Shown here: piece by piece, positions 24,901 to 36,855 of the stretch
Position numbering within the stretch: the first letter of the stretch is position 1
Layout: every line of letters starts with the position of its first letter
Source of the DNA: a virus
Taxonomy: Duplodnaviria; Caudoviricetes
DNA length: 64,000 nucleotides
Virus record (IMG/VR): IMGVR_UViG_3300028734_000003
Coordinates: 159 to 64,158 of that record
Reading direction: 5' to 3' (one strand)
Made by a program: the position numbers and the translations under genes
Notes under the pieces: model-generated
What the model was told of the DNA's origin: nothing
The model's input: the letters and a program-made list of their open reading frames with translations, nothing else
The model's database searches: none

Positions 24901-27240
24901 AATTGCTTCTCAATTCTTTTTGAGCTGGTACATAATCGAGTTGTAAAGGGCTAAATAATTTCTCTCTTAATCAATTTCTTTGCGTCATAATCTAGGTCGT
25001 AAATGATTTTTTTCCGTCTTCAAATCTGTAGTAGTGAGGGTCTTTACAGTTGTCATCTACTAATTCACAATATCATTGATCTACAAAATCCTTGAGTGTC
25101 TCTTTCATAAGATCCAATACTCATTCTTTTTTGAGAATTGCGTAGAGTACACAGTAGTCATCTCGTGCTATATCCTCATATTTTGTTGGTTCTAAACTCA
25201 TATATCAATCTCTACTTGGCGTCAAAATATTTTCAATATAGTATTCAATGTTTTCTTCTAGTTTGTATTTCTTTATGCTCCAGTCTTGGTCGATAAGTTC
25301 AAGCATAATATCCAAAGTGTCTGTCTCAAAATTATATTCCTTTGGTGTAAAAAATTTCATACCGTTGTATTTGATTCAATAGTTTTGAAACATACATTCT
25401 AAATCGAATCCATAAGCATTGACTATAGCCTCTTCAATATCTCTCTTCATATATTTTGCTACATCTAATTTGAAAGCGTCAAAATCTAAGCCGTCATCTA
25501 AATCTCAAGTGTCAAAGAAATCTTTTATTCAACATTCGTCGAGATCATTTTTCATAGCGTCATACATAGAATTCATATCATCATTTTCATAGGTACTTAC
25601 ATTGACGTCTAGAATTTTACTGAGTGATAAGTTTGTCATTTGCATTTGCTTTAGAATCTAAAAACCCCTGGAATAATCCTAGGAAAAATTCTGTATTGTC
25701 AATTGATCTATAGATAATATCTAGCAATGGCTCTAGTCTTTCAGCCTGTACTGAGACGGCGTAGTCATAGAGATAGATACAAAACTCAGCGAATACATCG
25801 TAGTCGTAGTCAACACTACACAATAGAGAAGCATTAAACATAGCGTCTCTAAGTTTTGAGCCGTTTTCTGTTTCCCCTATTTTGATTCCAATATAGTATG
25901 ATAGCTCGCAAAGATATTCAATATCATCTTTCCCTATTCATTTGTTTCGTGAGTTTGTATCTGGTTTTCCTTTTACCATAGTAGCAAAATTATCTAGTAT
26001 CCCCTCCAGTTGCTCAAGCATTTCTAATCAATAGCTACCTAGGTCTTCGTCCTTTAGTGAATTGATTTTTGCTTGTGCCATTTTTCTAGTCTTTTCAAAC
26101 ATTGGATTTTTATAATGGAATAAAATTATCCTGGAATCTTATCGTATTTTTCTGTGTCTGTATCCAAAATCTTGAAAGAGTATTGTTCTTCTAATTCTCA
26201 AGAGACGATACTATAGGACGTGATATTTTAATAAATATCTAGAGAATAATAATTTGACTCTTCAATATCAAATTTCATTTCTCTTTCTACTAAATTTTTG
26301 TCGTTTGATTCTAAATGGTGTACAATTTTCTTTCTATCTTCTTGAGAGATATAGCAAATATCTTCCATAATTGTTTTGAGCATATATTCTCTAGCCTGCT
26401 CCAAAGTGTCTACAATTTTTACTATCGAACTCATACCACCAATAGAGGTATCATAAACAAAATGACATACAAACATTTTAGTGTTGGATAATGGATAAAA
26501 TTATTGATTGTTTACCGCTATTTCTGTTATATACATTTTTCAATATCTATCATACAAGAAATATAAATCAACATCAAATCAACGATAGTCAAACATAATG
26601 TTATAGTCTTCGATATTCACTGCGTCAATATCATTTCAACAAATTTCAAAACCTTTTCATATTTTTTCTTTTAGTTCTTTTGTGGAAAATCTACTGTGGA
26701 CTAAAGTTTCCATAAATGCTTGGACTTCTTGTATATTCATTTGGATTTTTATAATGGAATAAAAACTACATATACAAATTGATTTCCTCGATCAATTTTT
26801 TTCTATTAATAACGTGTCAATCTTTCCTATAGCTTTCTATAACTGCATTGAGACATTCTGTATAGTTTGGGTCTTCATCTCTATCCATAAGCCATAGAAA
26901 ATCTCTACAGGGTCTGCTTTTTAAGTTTGCCATTAAAATATAGTAAGCGGATAAAATTGTTGTAAAGGAATTTATTTTATGATTCAGTCCTCCACCATTT
27001 TCACTCTAATACATTCTATCATTTTTTGGATAGCGTCTAGATTTTCTTTATAGTGTAGTCTGCTATATGCTACGGATATTCACTCCAATCATTTATAAGA
27101 TATAACCATAGCCCCATCTATTTGTCCGTATATATGCAATTTTCTTTTGTCGTCCCTATAGTTTTGTCGATCATTCGATGATATTGTATAGTATTTTTTG
27201 ACAAATTTTATTCACAAGTAGTTTTCTAAAACATTTTTTA
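21930..27240 (-). other. Early-region array of small hypothetical genes
   Basis: Many short ORFs, each with a stereotyped pyrimidine-rich leader lacking a Shine-Dalgarno sequence. Confidence 0.6.
23531..23911 (-). CDS. Thermonuclease (staphylococcal-nuclease family) with an N-terminal membrane anchor
   Basis: VIDGDT, RMIGIDAPE, DAYGR.LG, VNEAMV..GFA motifs (several Gly = TGA); hydrophobic N-terminus. Confidence 0.85.
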
Positions 27241-27242
27241 GA

Positions 27243-28079
27243 CTATCCATTCTTAATTTGTTTACCAATTAAAACAAATTGACTTGCTTTTTCTGCCCTA
27301 CCAATTGCTTGGAATAATTCTGTCTGGCGTCCTTCTTTTTGGATTGCCTTTGCTCGCCCTGCTATATATTGAGCGTGGTTATTGAGCTCGAAAGTTTGTC
27401 CTGCCTCTTGCATAAGAAAGCAAGCCCCAAATTCTGCTGTCAATTCCTCCTTGGAATAGTCTTCTCTGTTGTGTTGTCCTTGTAGACTTCTCTTGAGTCT
27501 GTTGTCTGCTCCTGTACTATGAATCATTTGGTGAAAGAAAGAAGCGTAGTAGTCTTGAGCGTCCTTGAAATCGTGTAATTTTGGCATTGTAATATAGTCA
27601 TCTCCTACATAATATGCTGGGTCTCCATACTTTTCTAAAATTTCCTCCCTTGCTAGGTATTCAATAATAACCATTTCTGCGTCATAAATTTCCTCGTGGT
27701 TATAGGTGCTTTCGTCTTTGAATTCCGCTCCCTCTTGTTGATCGAGATTGAATACTGTATACAATTTTACCATAGGAATTCTCTTTGTATCGTCTAGCTT
27801 GTCAGTGAAAAACTGTCGAAAATATACGGTCGTCCCTTTTTCTCCTTTCTTTACTTGTCCCCCTGCTTCTGCTATTTGTTTGTATGTTGCCCGTCTGTTT
27901 TCTTTGTAGCTTTCCTGGTTCATTTTGTAGGATAGAATAATTTTATTCATACCGTGGTATTTTCTCCCGTCCTTTGCATTTCTTGCCCCTCTAGTATTCC
28001 AAAGTTGCTGTCGTTTTCCTGGATTTTCCATAGCTTCTAGCACAGATTCTGTGAGCTTTTCGATGATTTCCTTTTTCAT
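27243..28079 (-). CDS. ardC: ArdC-like antirestriction protein (ssDNA-binding domain + zincin-like domain)
   Basis: N...G.KYHGMN, WATYKQ, GGQVKKGEKG, YTVFNLDQ, D.I.MP, HQMIHSTG...RL.R, YSKEELTAE, YIAGW (Trp codons are CGA/CGG). Confidence 0.85.
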   Translation of the reverse strand: MKKEIIEKLTESVLEAMENPGKRQQLWNTRGARNAKDGRKYHGMNKIILSYKMNQESYKENRRATYKQIAEAGGQVKKGEKGTTVYFRQFFTDKLDDTKRIPMVKLYTVFNLDQQEGAEFKDESTYNHEEIYDAEMVIIEYLAREEILEKYGDPAYYVGDDYITMPKLHDFKDAQDYYASFFHQMIHSTGADNRLKRSLQGQHNREDYSKEELTAEFGACFLMQEAGQTFELNNHAQYIAGRAKAIQKEGRQTELFQAIGRAEKASQFVLIGKQIKNG

Positions 28080-28936
28080 TGGTCCTATAGATAGTCAAGT
28101 AAAAGATTTTGCAAATAGTTTCTAGATTTTTTCCACAATTCATTTCTCGCCTCCTTTTCTGTCTGTCAAGCGTCTCTAATTTCATATGTCAATACTGTTA
28201 TACACTCGTCCACCAATTCTCTTTTGGTCATTTTATAAACCTCGTTTTTTGTGTAGTTCATTTGGATATGTTATAGAATAAAATTATGCTCCAGTCCAGG
28301 TTTTTCAACACTCCTTGCATTTTTCGTTTCCAGTGTGTGAAAAGTCATCTGAGAAGCCTTGAGCTATGTATTCTTTTTGGTCCTCGTCCCAGGTGAATTC
28401 GTCATCAATAAGAGTTTCCACCCGTTTGGATTCGCTCCCACAATGTTGACACTGGTGAGACTGGAATTTTTCACGGATAGCAATATCCTCCCTAGTTATT
28501 CCCCTATAATTTGTAGAGATTGCCCCCATTTTAATTATCCCGTCGATTGCCTCCTCCTTGTTAATTGCTCGAATTTTGTCCTCCTTTGATTCTCCAATAG
28601 AAAACATAAACAATTTCTTTTCCATTTTCCTTTAGTAGATAGTAAAAAAAGCTGTTGTAAAGGGTTATGCTGTCTCGTTCTCCTCCTGTAAAACCTCCAA
28701 TATATTTTCCAATTCCTTATAAGTTTTATATTGTAATTCAATTTCTGTCATTTCCAATTCTCCTTTTGTCATTGGGTATTGTTTTAAAATCTCCCCCACA
28801 ATTTCCTTGACTAGATATATTTTTGGCATTTGAATTTTAAGAAAGGAATAAAATTTGGACGCCCCCAAAGATAGCAAGGGCGATTCCAAAAAGGTATAAA
28901 TGTAGAATCATTTGTCTAATTATCTATAGATAAATA

Positions 28937-29239
28937 CTACTCGAAAGATATTTTTGGATTGTCAATTTCCACCAGTATAGATTCCTGATTGAATAAAGTT
29001 TTCAAAGTCGCTATGAATTCTCAATGCTCCTTGTCCGTGACTGTTGAGATAATGAGTGAATTTTCCTTGACAATTTCCCCGCTATCGTGGACGTAAAAGC
29101 CTTGCCCCTCCATAATTGTACCCCCTCCAAAATGTTTTCCCACCAGATTCATAGTGATTTTGAAAGCCTCCACGATTCCAAAGGCTTGCAACTTTGTGTC
29201 CTTATCACAAAGTCAAAGATAGAATGTTTTCTTTTTCAT
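28937..29239 (-). CDS. DUF3574-like / SAM-lyase-like small protein, first gene of the leftward arm
   Basis: FYLGLCDKDTK...GGT..EGQGFYVHDSGEIVKENS...LK.LFNQESILV; 100 aa. Confidence 0.55.
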
Positions 29240-30551
29240 AAGTTTTCCGTTTACAATTTAAAAGTATCACGGATTAAAAATTCTCCCCAGATTCTAATCC
29301 GTTATATTTTTAAATTATAATTTGCCTCGATAGTTTACGGTGAAAGTCTTATCACCTAGCCTGGAGAGTTTACCTCCTATATCATTTGCGTTGACCTCCT
29401 CGCTGTCTAGTCAAATTCCTTACAGAGTATCGACTAAGTTTTATGGAGCGTCTTTGCCTTTTCCTACTATCTAAATGTAAAATATCAGTTGTACTCAAGA
29501 CGGTCCGTCTGTTATTGTACTATATCCAGTCCCTTGCGTTTGTGCTAGATATATTTTAACGAGTTGCTTATGCTTATGCTTTGCGTCTTGTATGTATAGT
29601 ATACGGATACACTTTTTTTAATGAGCTAGTGTTGCTCGCCGTTGCTATGTTTACTTGACGCTTTGAATTATACGAAAAAAAAATCAAAAAGCAATAGCGG
29701 TGATAACTGGATACTTGCAAAAATATACTACAAAATGATAGAAAATGATGGGCTGATATACCAGTTGAGAACTGCATTTGAATACTTTTTTTATAAAATA
29801 GAAAAAAATCTATACTTTTTTTATAGTTTTTTTGTAGTGATTTAAAAGATTATAGTTGTTGACTGGTAAAACTCAGACAAAAAAAATATAAAAATCTTTT
29901 TGATTTTGTATATTTTTGATTGAATCCATATAAAAAGCGTTGTTTTTTTGTAGTGAATATGAAAAAAAATATTTTACTACAAAAAGAAAACAGACTATAT
30001 CTATATAAATATATTGTTTATATATATATATCTTTTTTGTTTCTCTACTACATTAAAAACTTATAGACTATATATAAGAAAATGGAAAAATAAAAAAAAT
30101 AATTTTATAAGGACATAAGAAAACAAAAATGAAAAAGTTTTGAAAACGCTAGTTTTGTCAATTCAAGTATAGTGTTTTTATGTAGTAAAACGAAAAATTG
30201 CAGAAGTCAATAGTACCAATACTATACACAGTATACTTATATGAGTCAATATATTTTATGTTTTATTTTTCGTACTTTGTCAATATGTTTTGTAGTGAAT
30301 TGAATAAGTCAAGGGGGTAATGACCCATTGATGATAGGAGTAGGGGGGTTAACCCCTCCCTCTAAGTTTTCGCTTTTTATCTAATGGGGAAACTCTGTCA
30401 AAAAACAACTTGACTATTTTCCATCCCCTCCCAATAATAATTGATGGTTTTTTCTCATTAACGAAAAAATCACTTGATTTCCATTAACGAAAAACTATAC
30501 TCAAAATATAGGAGTTTACTCCCTATCATTTATATTATTATTTTGAAACAC
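29240..30551. promoter_or_regulatory. Divergent non-coding control region (candidate origin, genome end and early promoters)
   Basis: No credible ORF; very AT-rich core; strand switch point; repeated TGTAGT boxes; GGGGTTAACCCC palindrome near 30345-30356. Confidence 0.7.
30474..30501 (+). promoter_or_regulatory. sigma70-like promoter for the rightward arm
   Basis: TTGATT-N16-TATACT, flanked and overlapped by the direct repeat CATTAACGAAAAA (30456-68 and 30482-94). Confidence 0.5.
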
Positions 30552-31565
30552 ATGGCAAAGTACGAAAAGAAATACAACTTCCTAGAAGAACTCAATACAA
30601 ATTGAGCGTTTGACTTATCTATCTACGCCAAAAATTTTCTGAAATCTTTACCAACTATGGTGAGGATACAAGTGGAAACGCTTATCGAAACTGGTGACTA
30701 TTGATTGGAAGGAACTTACCTTGTGAACTATAAATATAAAGAAGACTATGTTCCAGTTCGTGCGACATTTACACATACTTCAGTTGTTCCCATATCTCCA
30801 GTTGATTTAGAACATATCGAAATAGCTCCGCTGATATTAAGTGATGTGCCAATACTTAGCCCACTGGATCACGAAGAAGATGACGACGATATACCGGAAA
30901 TATTTGATCCAGAACTAATGCCGGATATCGCTCCAATACCAGCAGATGACAAATATAAAGAATGTCCGTATTGTCATGAGAAATTCCTTTGAGATTTAGA
31001 AGTCCATTATAATGATGTGCATACACCAACGGCATATGCTGATTGAACTCCAATCGAAAAACCTAAACAGAAAAGAAATAAGGGTAGAAATATGAAGGGT
31101 ATTGAGTTTGAAATTACGGATTGAGAAAAATTCTATAAATTCGTACATCCAGGAGGACGTATTGAGTTTATTCCAAAGGACGTTCGGGAGCGGGAAATGG
31201 ACGAGCTAGAATGAAAACACGTTAACAAAAAAACGGATTTAGAACCAGTGCCAGAATCCGTACAAGTTATTCCAACCCAAAAACCGGACACATCTAAATA
31301 CGATGTTATCAATCCAATGATCATGGTCCTAAACTCTTTCGAGAAAGAACAGTTCCGTAAGTGGATGAAGTACCAATATAACAATACAGAAGCTGTTGTT
31401 GAAGAACGATTGTCAAAACTTATGCTATCTACCGACCAGGAATATGTTATGAATCAAAAGATCGATCTCCTTGAATGGTACGAAACAGACCAAAAGAGCA
31501 GAAAGGAAATAGAAAATTTCGACTTCTTCTCTGATGACAAGAAAGACGATACTAAAAAGAAATAA
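30552..31565 (+). CDS. Hypothetical protein with an acidic linker and a C2H2-like zinc finger
   Basis: Track ORFs 30705 and 31248 join in one TGA=Gly frame; CPYCHEKFLGDLEVHYNDVH. Confidence 0.6.
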
Positions 31566-31657
31566 TGTCAACCCTATTTTGTAATTGGAACTTGAAATAG
31601 TTCTCCAATACACTATCAACCAAGCATCAAATAGCTTTATCCGTAAACAAAATCCCT

Positions 31658-32026
31658 ATGGGAACTAGAGAAGACAGATTCCAGGCAATGAGTCACTCAA
31701 TCAAAATGAGTATTTATTGACTTACACAATTTAAACAGAAACCGCTTTTAGAATTTATTGAACCTATCTTTGATTTCTGGGATGCTAAACATCGAGAGAA
31801 GATCGAACAGAAATTCTCATGGATTATCAACGATGTTTATTCTAGACATAAGAGAGTTCTCAATAAACAATTTTCCGAATTCAAAGAAATTCGACTAGAG
31901 ATAGGACTTCCAGTATCCGAAGAAGAAACAAAGAAACTTCTTAAGAAACTAAAGGATGTCCCAGAAGCAAGAGATATCATTCCAAAAGAAACTTTAGATT
32001 CTATGAAACAACCACTATGAAAATAG
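31658..32026 (+). CDS. Hypothetical protein
   Basis: 122-aa ORF in the recoded code, overlapping the groES start. Confidence 0.55.
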
Positions 32027-32367
32027 AAGATACATCTATATTGGAAATAGAAAATATACAGGTACTAGGTATAAACGTACTTGTTCAAAGAATTGATGAG
32101 GCAGAAACTACTGCGTCTGGTATATTTTTAGGGACATCTGCCGAAAAAGACAATAAAAATTTCCTTGCAAATGATACATTTTTGGCAAAAGTTTTGAAAG
32201 TAGGTGAGGCTGTACAAATGGTTAAGCCAGGTGATCTCGTATATTGCAATAAATTCTTTGTTAAGTGAGTCAATGTTAAAAATATCGCTGGACTTAAAAA
32301 TTCAGAGTATGGACTTCTCGAAGAACGTGGAGGAATCTATGCAAGAATATCTTCTTTATTTATATAA
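32017..32367 (+). CDS. groES: Co-chaperonin GroES-like protein
   Basis: LG.NVLVQR...E.TASGIFL, AKVLKVG, VKPGDLV motifs; 116 aa with read-through. Confidence 0.85.
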
Positions 32368-33087
32368 CCAAATCTACACACATGGGAAAGAACAAGAAAA
32401 TGACAGGCAGTAGAGCAAAGACCGCTAAGAAAAAGAGAATTGATCAAGCTATTAGAAATTATGAGATTAAACATCCAGCAAAGAAATCGGCATACGATAT
32501 TGCCAGAGAAAAGGCTCTAGATTTGATGGATGGTGAATAGTTTTATTATATAAATACTAAAGAATGGATTGCGGTAAAACACAGTTTGTAAGCGAGAAAG
32601 TAGCACAACGTGTTATGGCCTCTATCCGCCACAATCCATGAAGAAAGTGAAAAGACAAGATTCCCAAAAGAACATACAGATGTCCAGATTGCAGGATGTG
32701 GCATATAACATCTCACGCAGATTGGCTTCCAGAACACAAAAAATGACATATTTTTAATCTTTCACAAAACACACAATGCCAGAAGAAGAAAAAAAGAGAC
32801 CGTACTCATGTACAGCAGTAAATTCATCAGTAAATTCATCAGCCCAAGTAAAACAAGATTGATTTGTTATAAGAATTTGGGATGCATATCGCATAGCAAA
32901 CAAACAAATGGACGAACTAAACGAAACTATGTGAAAACTAGGTATAGGGCTTATGGCCGAACCGGATAGGGATTTTCCAGAAGGGGATAGTATGGAATCA
33001 GCTATTTGTAAATTACAGTATGTTCAATATGAAATAGGTAGGGCTATTACTCTCATACACAATTCCCTTTAGTATTGAAATATTCTT

Positions 33088-35169
33088 ATGGCTGTAGATT
33101 TTACAAACTTCTCGAATGTTACAGATAAGAACTGAATATTGAGAGTGCTGGGGAACGCCATCAGCACCTCTTTTTCTATTAACTGAGATATACTTGATAA
33201 CCCATTTATCTTATCCTCCACGCAATGGGATAAAATAAATCCGTTGATAAGAGATGACTTCTCGTCATCACTCATAAATAGGAAAAATATTGTCTATGCA
33301 GACAATCCAAAGATCAAAAGTCATAAGTTTTTCCTCCTAGATGGAATAAAACTTATCGAATATATCGACAGAGAAAGCACTTGAGTAGTGGAATGAGAAC
33401 AACCACTAGATGAAGATACACTGAAAGAGTCTATATTCTACCTAGCAAAATCAAAGATACTCTCAGATCTCCAGATAACCATCCTCAGAGAACTATCTAA
33501 GCAGTTCTATATCTACAAAGATGGGTCGTTGGTTCTAAGAGAGCAGGAACAACAGGCATTATTCAATGCAGATGATCCAGAACACGAAAAAATCAGATCC
33601 ATATTAGATCTCCCATTTGAAATCTACTTCAACGCCATCCAAAATTTTCCGAAAGAATTAGTAGACGATGTTGTTATAGCCGAAGAACATAAATTTTTCA
33701 AGAACGATAGACTCCCAGTGAAGATTATTCCTCAGTTAGTCCGTGAGACTATGGTGAATGACGATGGTGGGACTATCAAGCTCTCCTATTGGCAGATGTA
33801 TAAGGCCTATCATTCACTCAGAAAGAGATTTGTTTGGAATGCTTGTCCTAGACAATCGTGAAAAACGTTTGATGCGGTTCGTGACTGTTATCAAAGACTT
33901 CTTTCCAAAGACTATTACCGTATTATTTATATCTGTGAGACGGAAGCCGCCTTTAAGCAGCCACGGGATTACTTTGAGTCTCTATTGAAGAAGGCTGCCG
34001 ATTACGGAATCATAGAACTCAACAGAAGTAACTTCACCATCAGGTGTCCTTTTGGTTGATCGACTGGAAATACGCTTACTTTCGTGTCTTCATTCTCTAA
34101 ACTTGGGCCTAGATCTTTGAAGGGTAACTACTTTGTCTTCGATGAAGGTGGAAAGATTAAGACATCTACATGGCTCGATGCTTTCCCAATTATCAATAAT
34201 AATAATGCGGGCGTTTTGGTAAACTCTACTATCTTCCGAGAAATGAAGAAGCTCGATTCGGAGCGGTTCTATAATGAACTCCTTGCTATTGAGATGTGAT
34301 TTAAGCAGGATGAGGACGGTACCGATGAATGGATGGCCCTCAGAGTGAATATTGATCAGATTGAATGGCTCACACCAAAGCAAAAGAAAACAACCAAAGA
34401 TACTTTGCGCCCATATCCAAATAGATTTTATTGCGAACTCTATTCTCAACTACCAAAAGCAGACTCAACAGTTGTCCCTGAAGGATTCTTCATCATGTCT
34501 GACGAAGATAAAATTCAAAAGGACGAGTTCTTACTCCTTGGTCGGGATCTTGCAAAGAGGGTTGATACCGCAGGTATGCTTATGCTTTCTCAAAAGGACG
34601 GTATTGCATTTCGAGAAAGTAGACTCAGAGGATATACATATACCCAACAAATAAATATCGTCAAAGAACTCAAACAGATGTATCCAGGACTTAAGGTGTG
34701 TGCCGATATATCAAATGAAGAGCAGGTTATTGAAAATAATCCAGGACTTATCGACTATCCTATCAAGTTCACCTCCGCTACCTCATGATTCAAGAAGGAA
34801 TTCAGAGAATGAGTCACAATCTACAGTGTTGGTAAGGAGGTATTGGTCAATAACTTCGTAAGTATGGCCGAAGAGGGTCAAGTAAAAGCGCTTTCTAAGC
34901 TGGAAATGTTTAGAATGGAAGCAGAAAATTACATAGGGAAAAGAAATGGTAGGGGTTGAATGAGTTATGAAGCCCAGGCTGGTACTGATGATCTTATGTC
35001 AGCTATGCTTTGTATTGCCTGGATATTCAAAACAACATATCTTGAGCCGCTTCGTATTTGGGAACAGCAAAGAGAGGCAGAAAAAAGGGCTCTCGAAAAT
35101 GTTGAAAGAGATGACTATGGAAGAACTATAAAAAGAAAGAAGAATTGATATTACTGAAATATTTATTAA
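33088..35169 (+). CDS. terL: Terminase large subunit with a long N-terminal extension
   Basis: Walker A PRQSGKT (Gly = TGA), LKG..FVFDEG Walker B, EWFY, nuclease GWDLAKRVD (Trp = CGG) and TDDLMSA. Confidence 0.9.
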
Positions 35170-35196
35170 CATTTTATACTGTAAGTTGTCGAAAAA

Positions 35197-36759
35197 ATGT
35201 CAAAAACTGTATTACTATGAGATGACGCTCGTAAAAAATTATTTGAAGGAATGAAAATAGTTTCTACTGCCGTTATGTCTTCTATGGGTCCTTGCGGAAG
35301 GAATGCCGTCCTTGGAAGATTCGATAGATCCCCTGTTGTCACAAATGATGGGGTTACAATCGCCAGAGAGATAAGTTTGCAAGATCCTGTAGAAAATATT
35401 TGAGCATCCATAATTAAGGAAGCCGCAGAGAAGACAAATAAGGAGGTAGGTGACTGAACTACTACCACCACTTGTCTTACCTACGCAATTGCAAAACATG
35501 GCCTATCGGAACTGCAAAACGGAACAAATCCGTTCGTATTAAGCAAAAATCTACATGAAATTGGGGATAGTATCGTTGAAAATATAAGAAAATACACAAA
35601 AACAATTAAACATACATCCCCAGAGGTAAAAGATATTGCCACCATATCTGCACAGGACGAAGAAATTTGAGAAACTATAGCAAAATGTATCAAAGAAATA
35701 TGACCAGATGGACAAATTTCTGTTGAGATTTCAAAGGAAATAGGTATCAAAGAGGAATTGAAAAAATGATACGTCATTGATGCTGGTTTGGTATCACCAA
35801 TATTTATGCTCGATGAAGAAAATCTTCAATCAGACCTAAGTGATGTAACAATATTGGTTGGTAAATGAGAGCTATCCGATGCATGAGGGGTGTTAATTTG
35901 AGTATTAGAGGAAATGCATTATGAGGGTAGAAAAAATTTACTAATTATGGCAGATGAGGTATCGTGAGGTGCTCTAGATGCTATAATAAAAAATAATAAA
36001 AGCTGAATGTTTAATATAATTGTAACATGATTACCATCTACATGACAAAACTCTGAAGATATCTTAGAGGATGTTTATACTGTGTGTTGTTGGTGAGAAA
36101 CAATTTTAGAAAGAGGATTCTCTGGCCAGATATGACGTGCAGGAAGGGTAGTATCTTGAAAAGATTCAACAGTTATTGTGGATTGATATTGAGAAGATGA
36201 TTGAATAAATGAACGCATATCTATGTTAAAAAAGAAAAACTTAAAAGAAAAAAATGAGTATCGAAGAGAAAAGGTAGAAGAGAGAATCTCAAGACTTTCT
36301 TCTGGTGTTGCTATTATTTATGTTGGATGCCAAACAGAAATGGAGGCAGTCAATAAAAAATATAAAATCGAAGATGCAATATGTGCTACGAAATCAGCAA
36401 TAAAGAACTGAATTGTTATTGGTGGTGGATTTGCCCTTGTTAGAGCCGCAACAGAGGTACCTGTTCCAGATTGATTTGGTGTTGCATGGAGAATACTTAT
36501 AAACGCAATAAAAGAGCCAGCAAAAACCATAATATATAATGCGTGACGAGATGCAGAAAAGATTATACATCCGTGAGATATAAAATCAGAATTAGTTTTC
36601 AATTCCAAAACATGAGTATACACACCATGGGATGAATATAAAATAATTGATCCGGCAAAGGTTGTTGAGTGCGCTGTCCAGAACGCAATATCAGCTGCTT
36701 GTATGTTTCTCACTACTGACGTTGTTGTATTTGAAACAGAAGATATAATAAGTCAATAG
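35197..36759 (+). CDS. groEL: Chaperonin GroEL (divergent, no GGM tail)
   Basis: [52 protein letters not shown]...[32 protein letters not shown]. Confidence 0.95.
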
Positions 36760-36855
36760 TGAACACATAAAATAATAAAAATCACTTGATTTTGACAAAA
36801 ATAATGATATAGACGTAGTAATCTGATTGCTACGTTTATTTTTTATAAAATCTGT

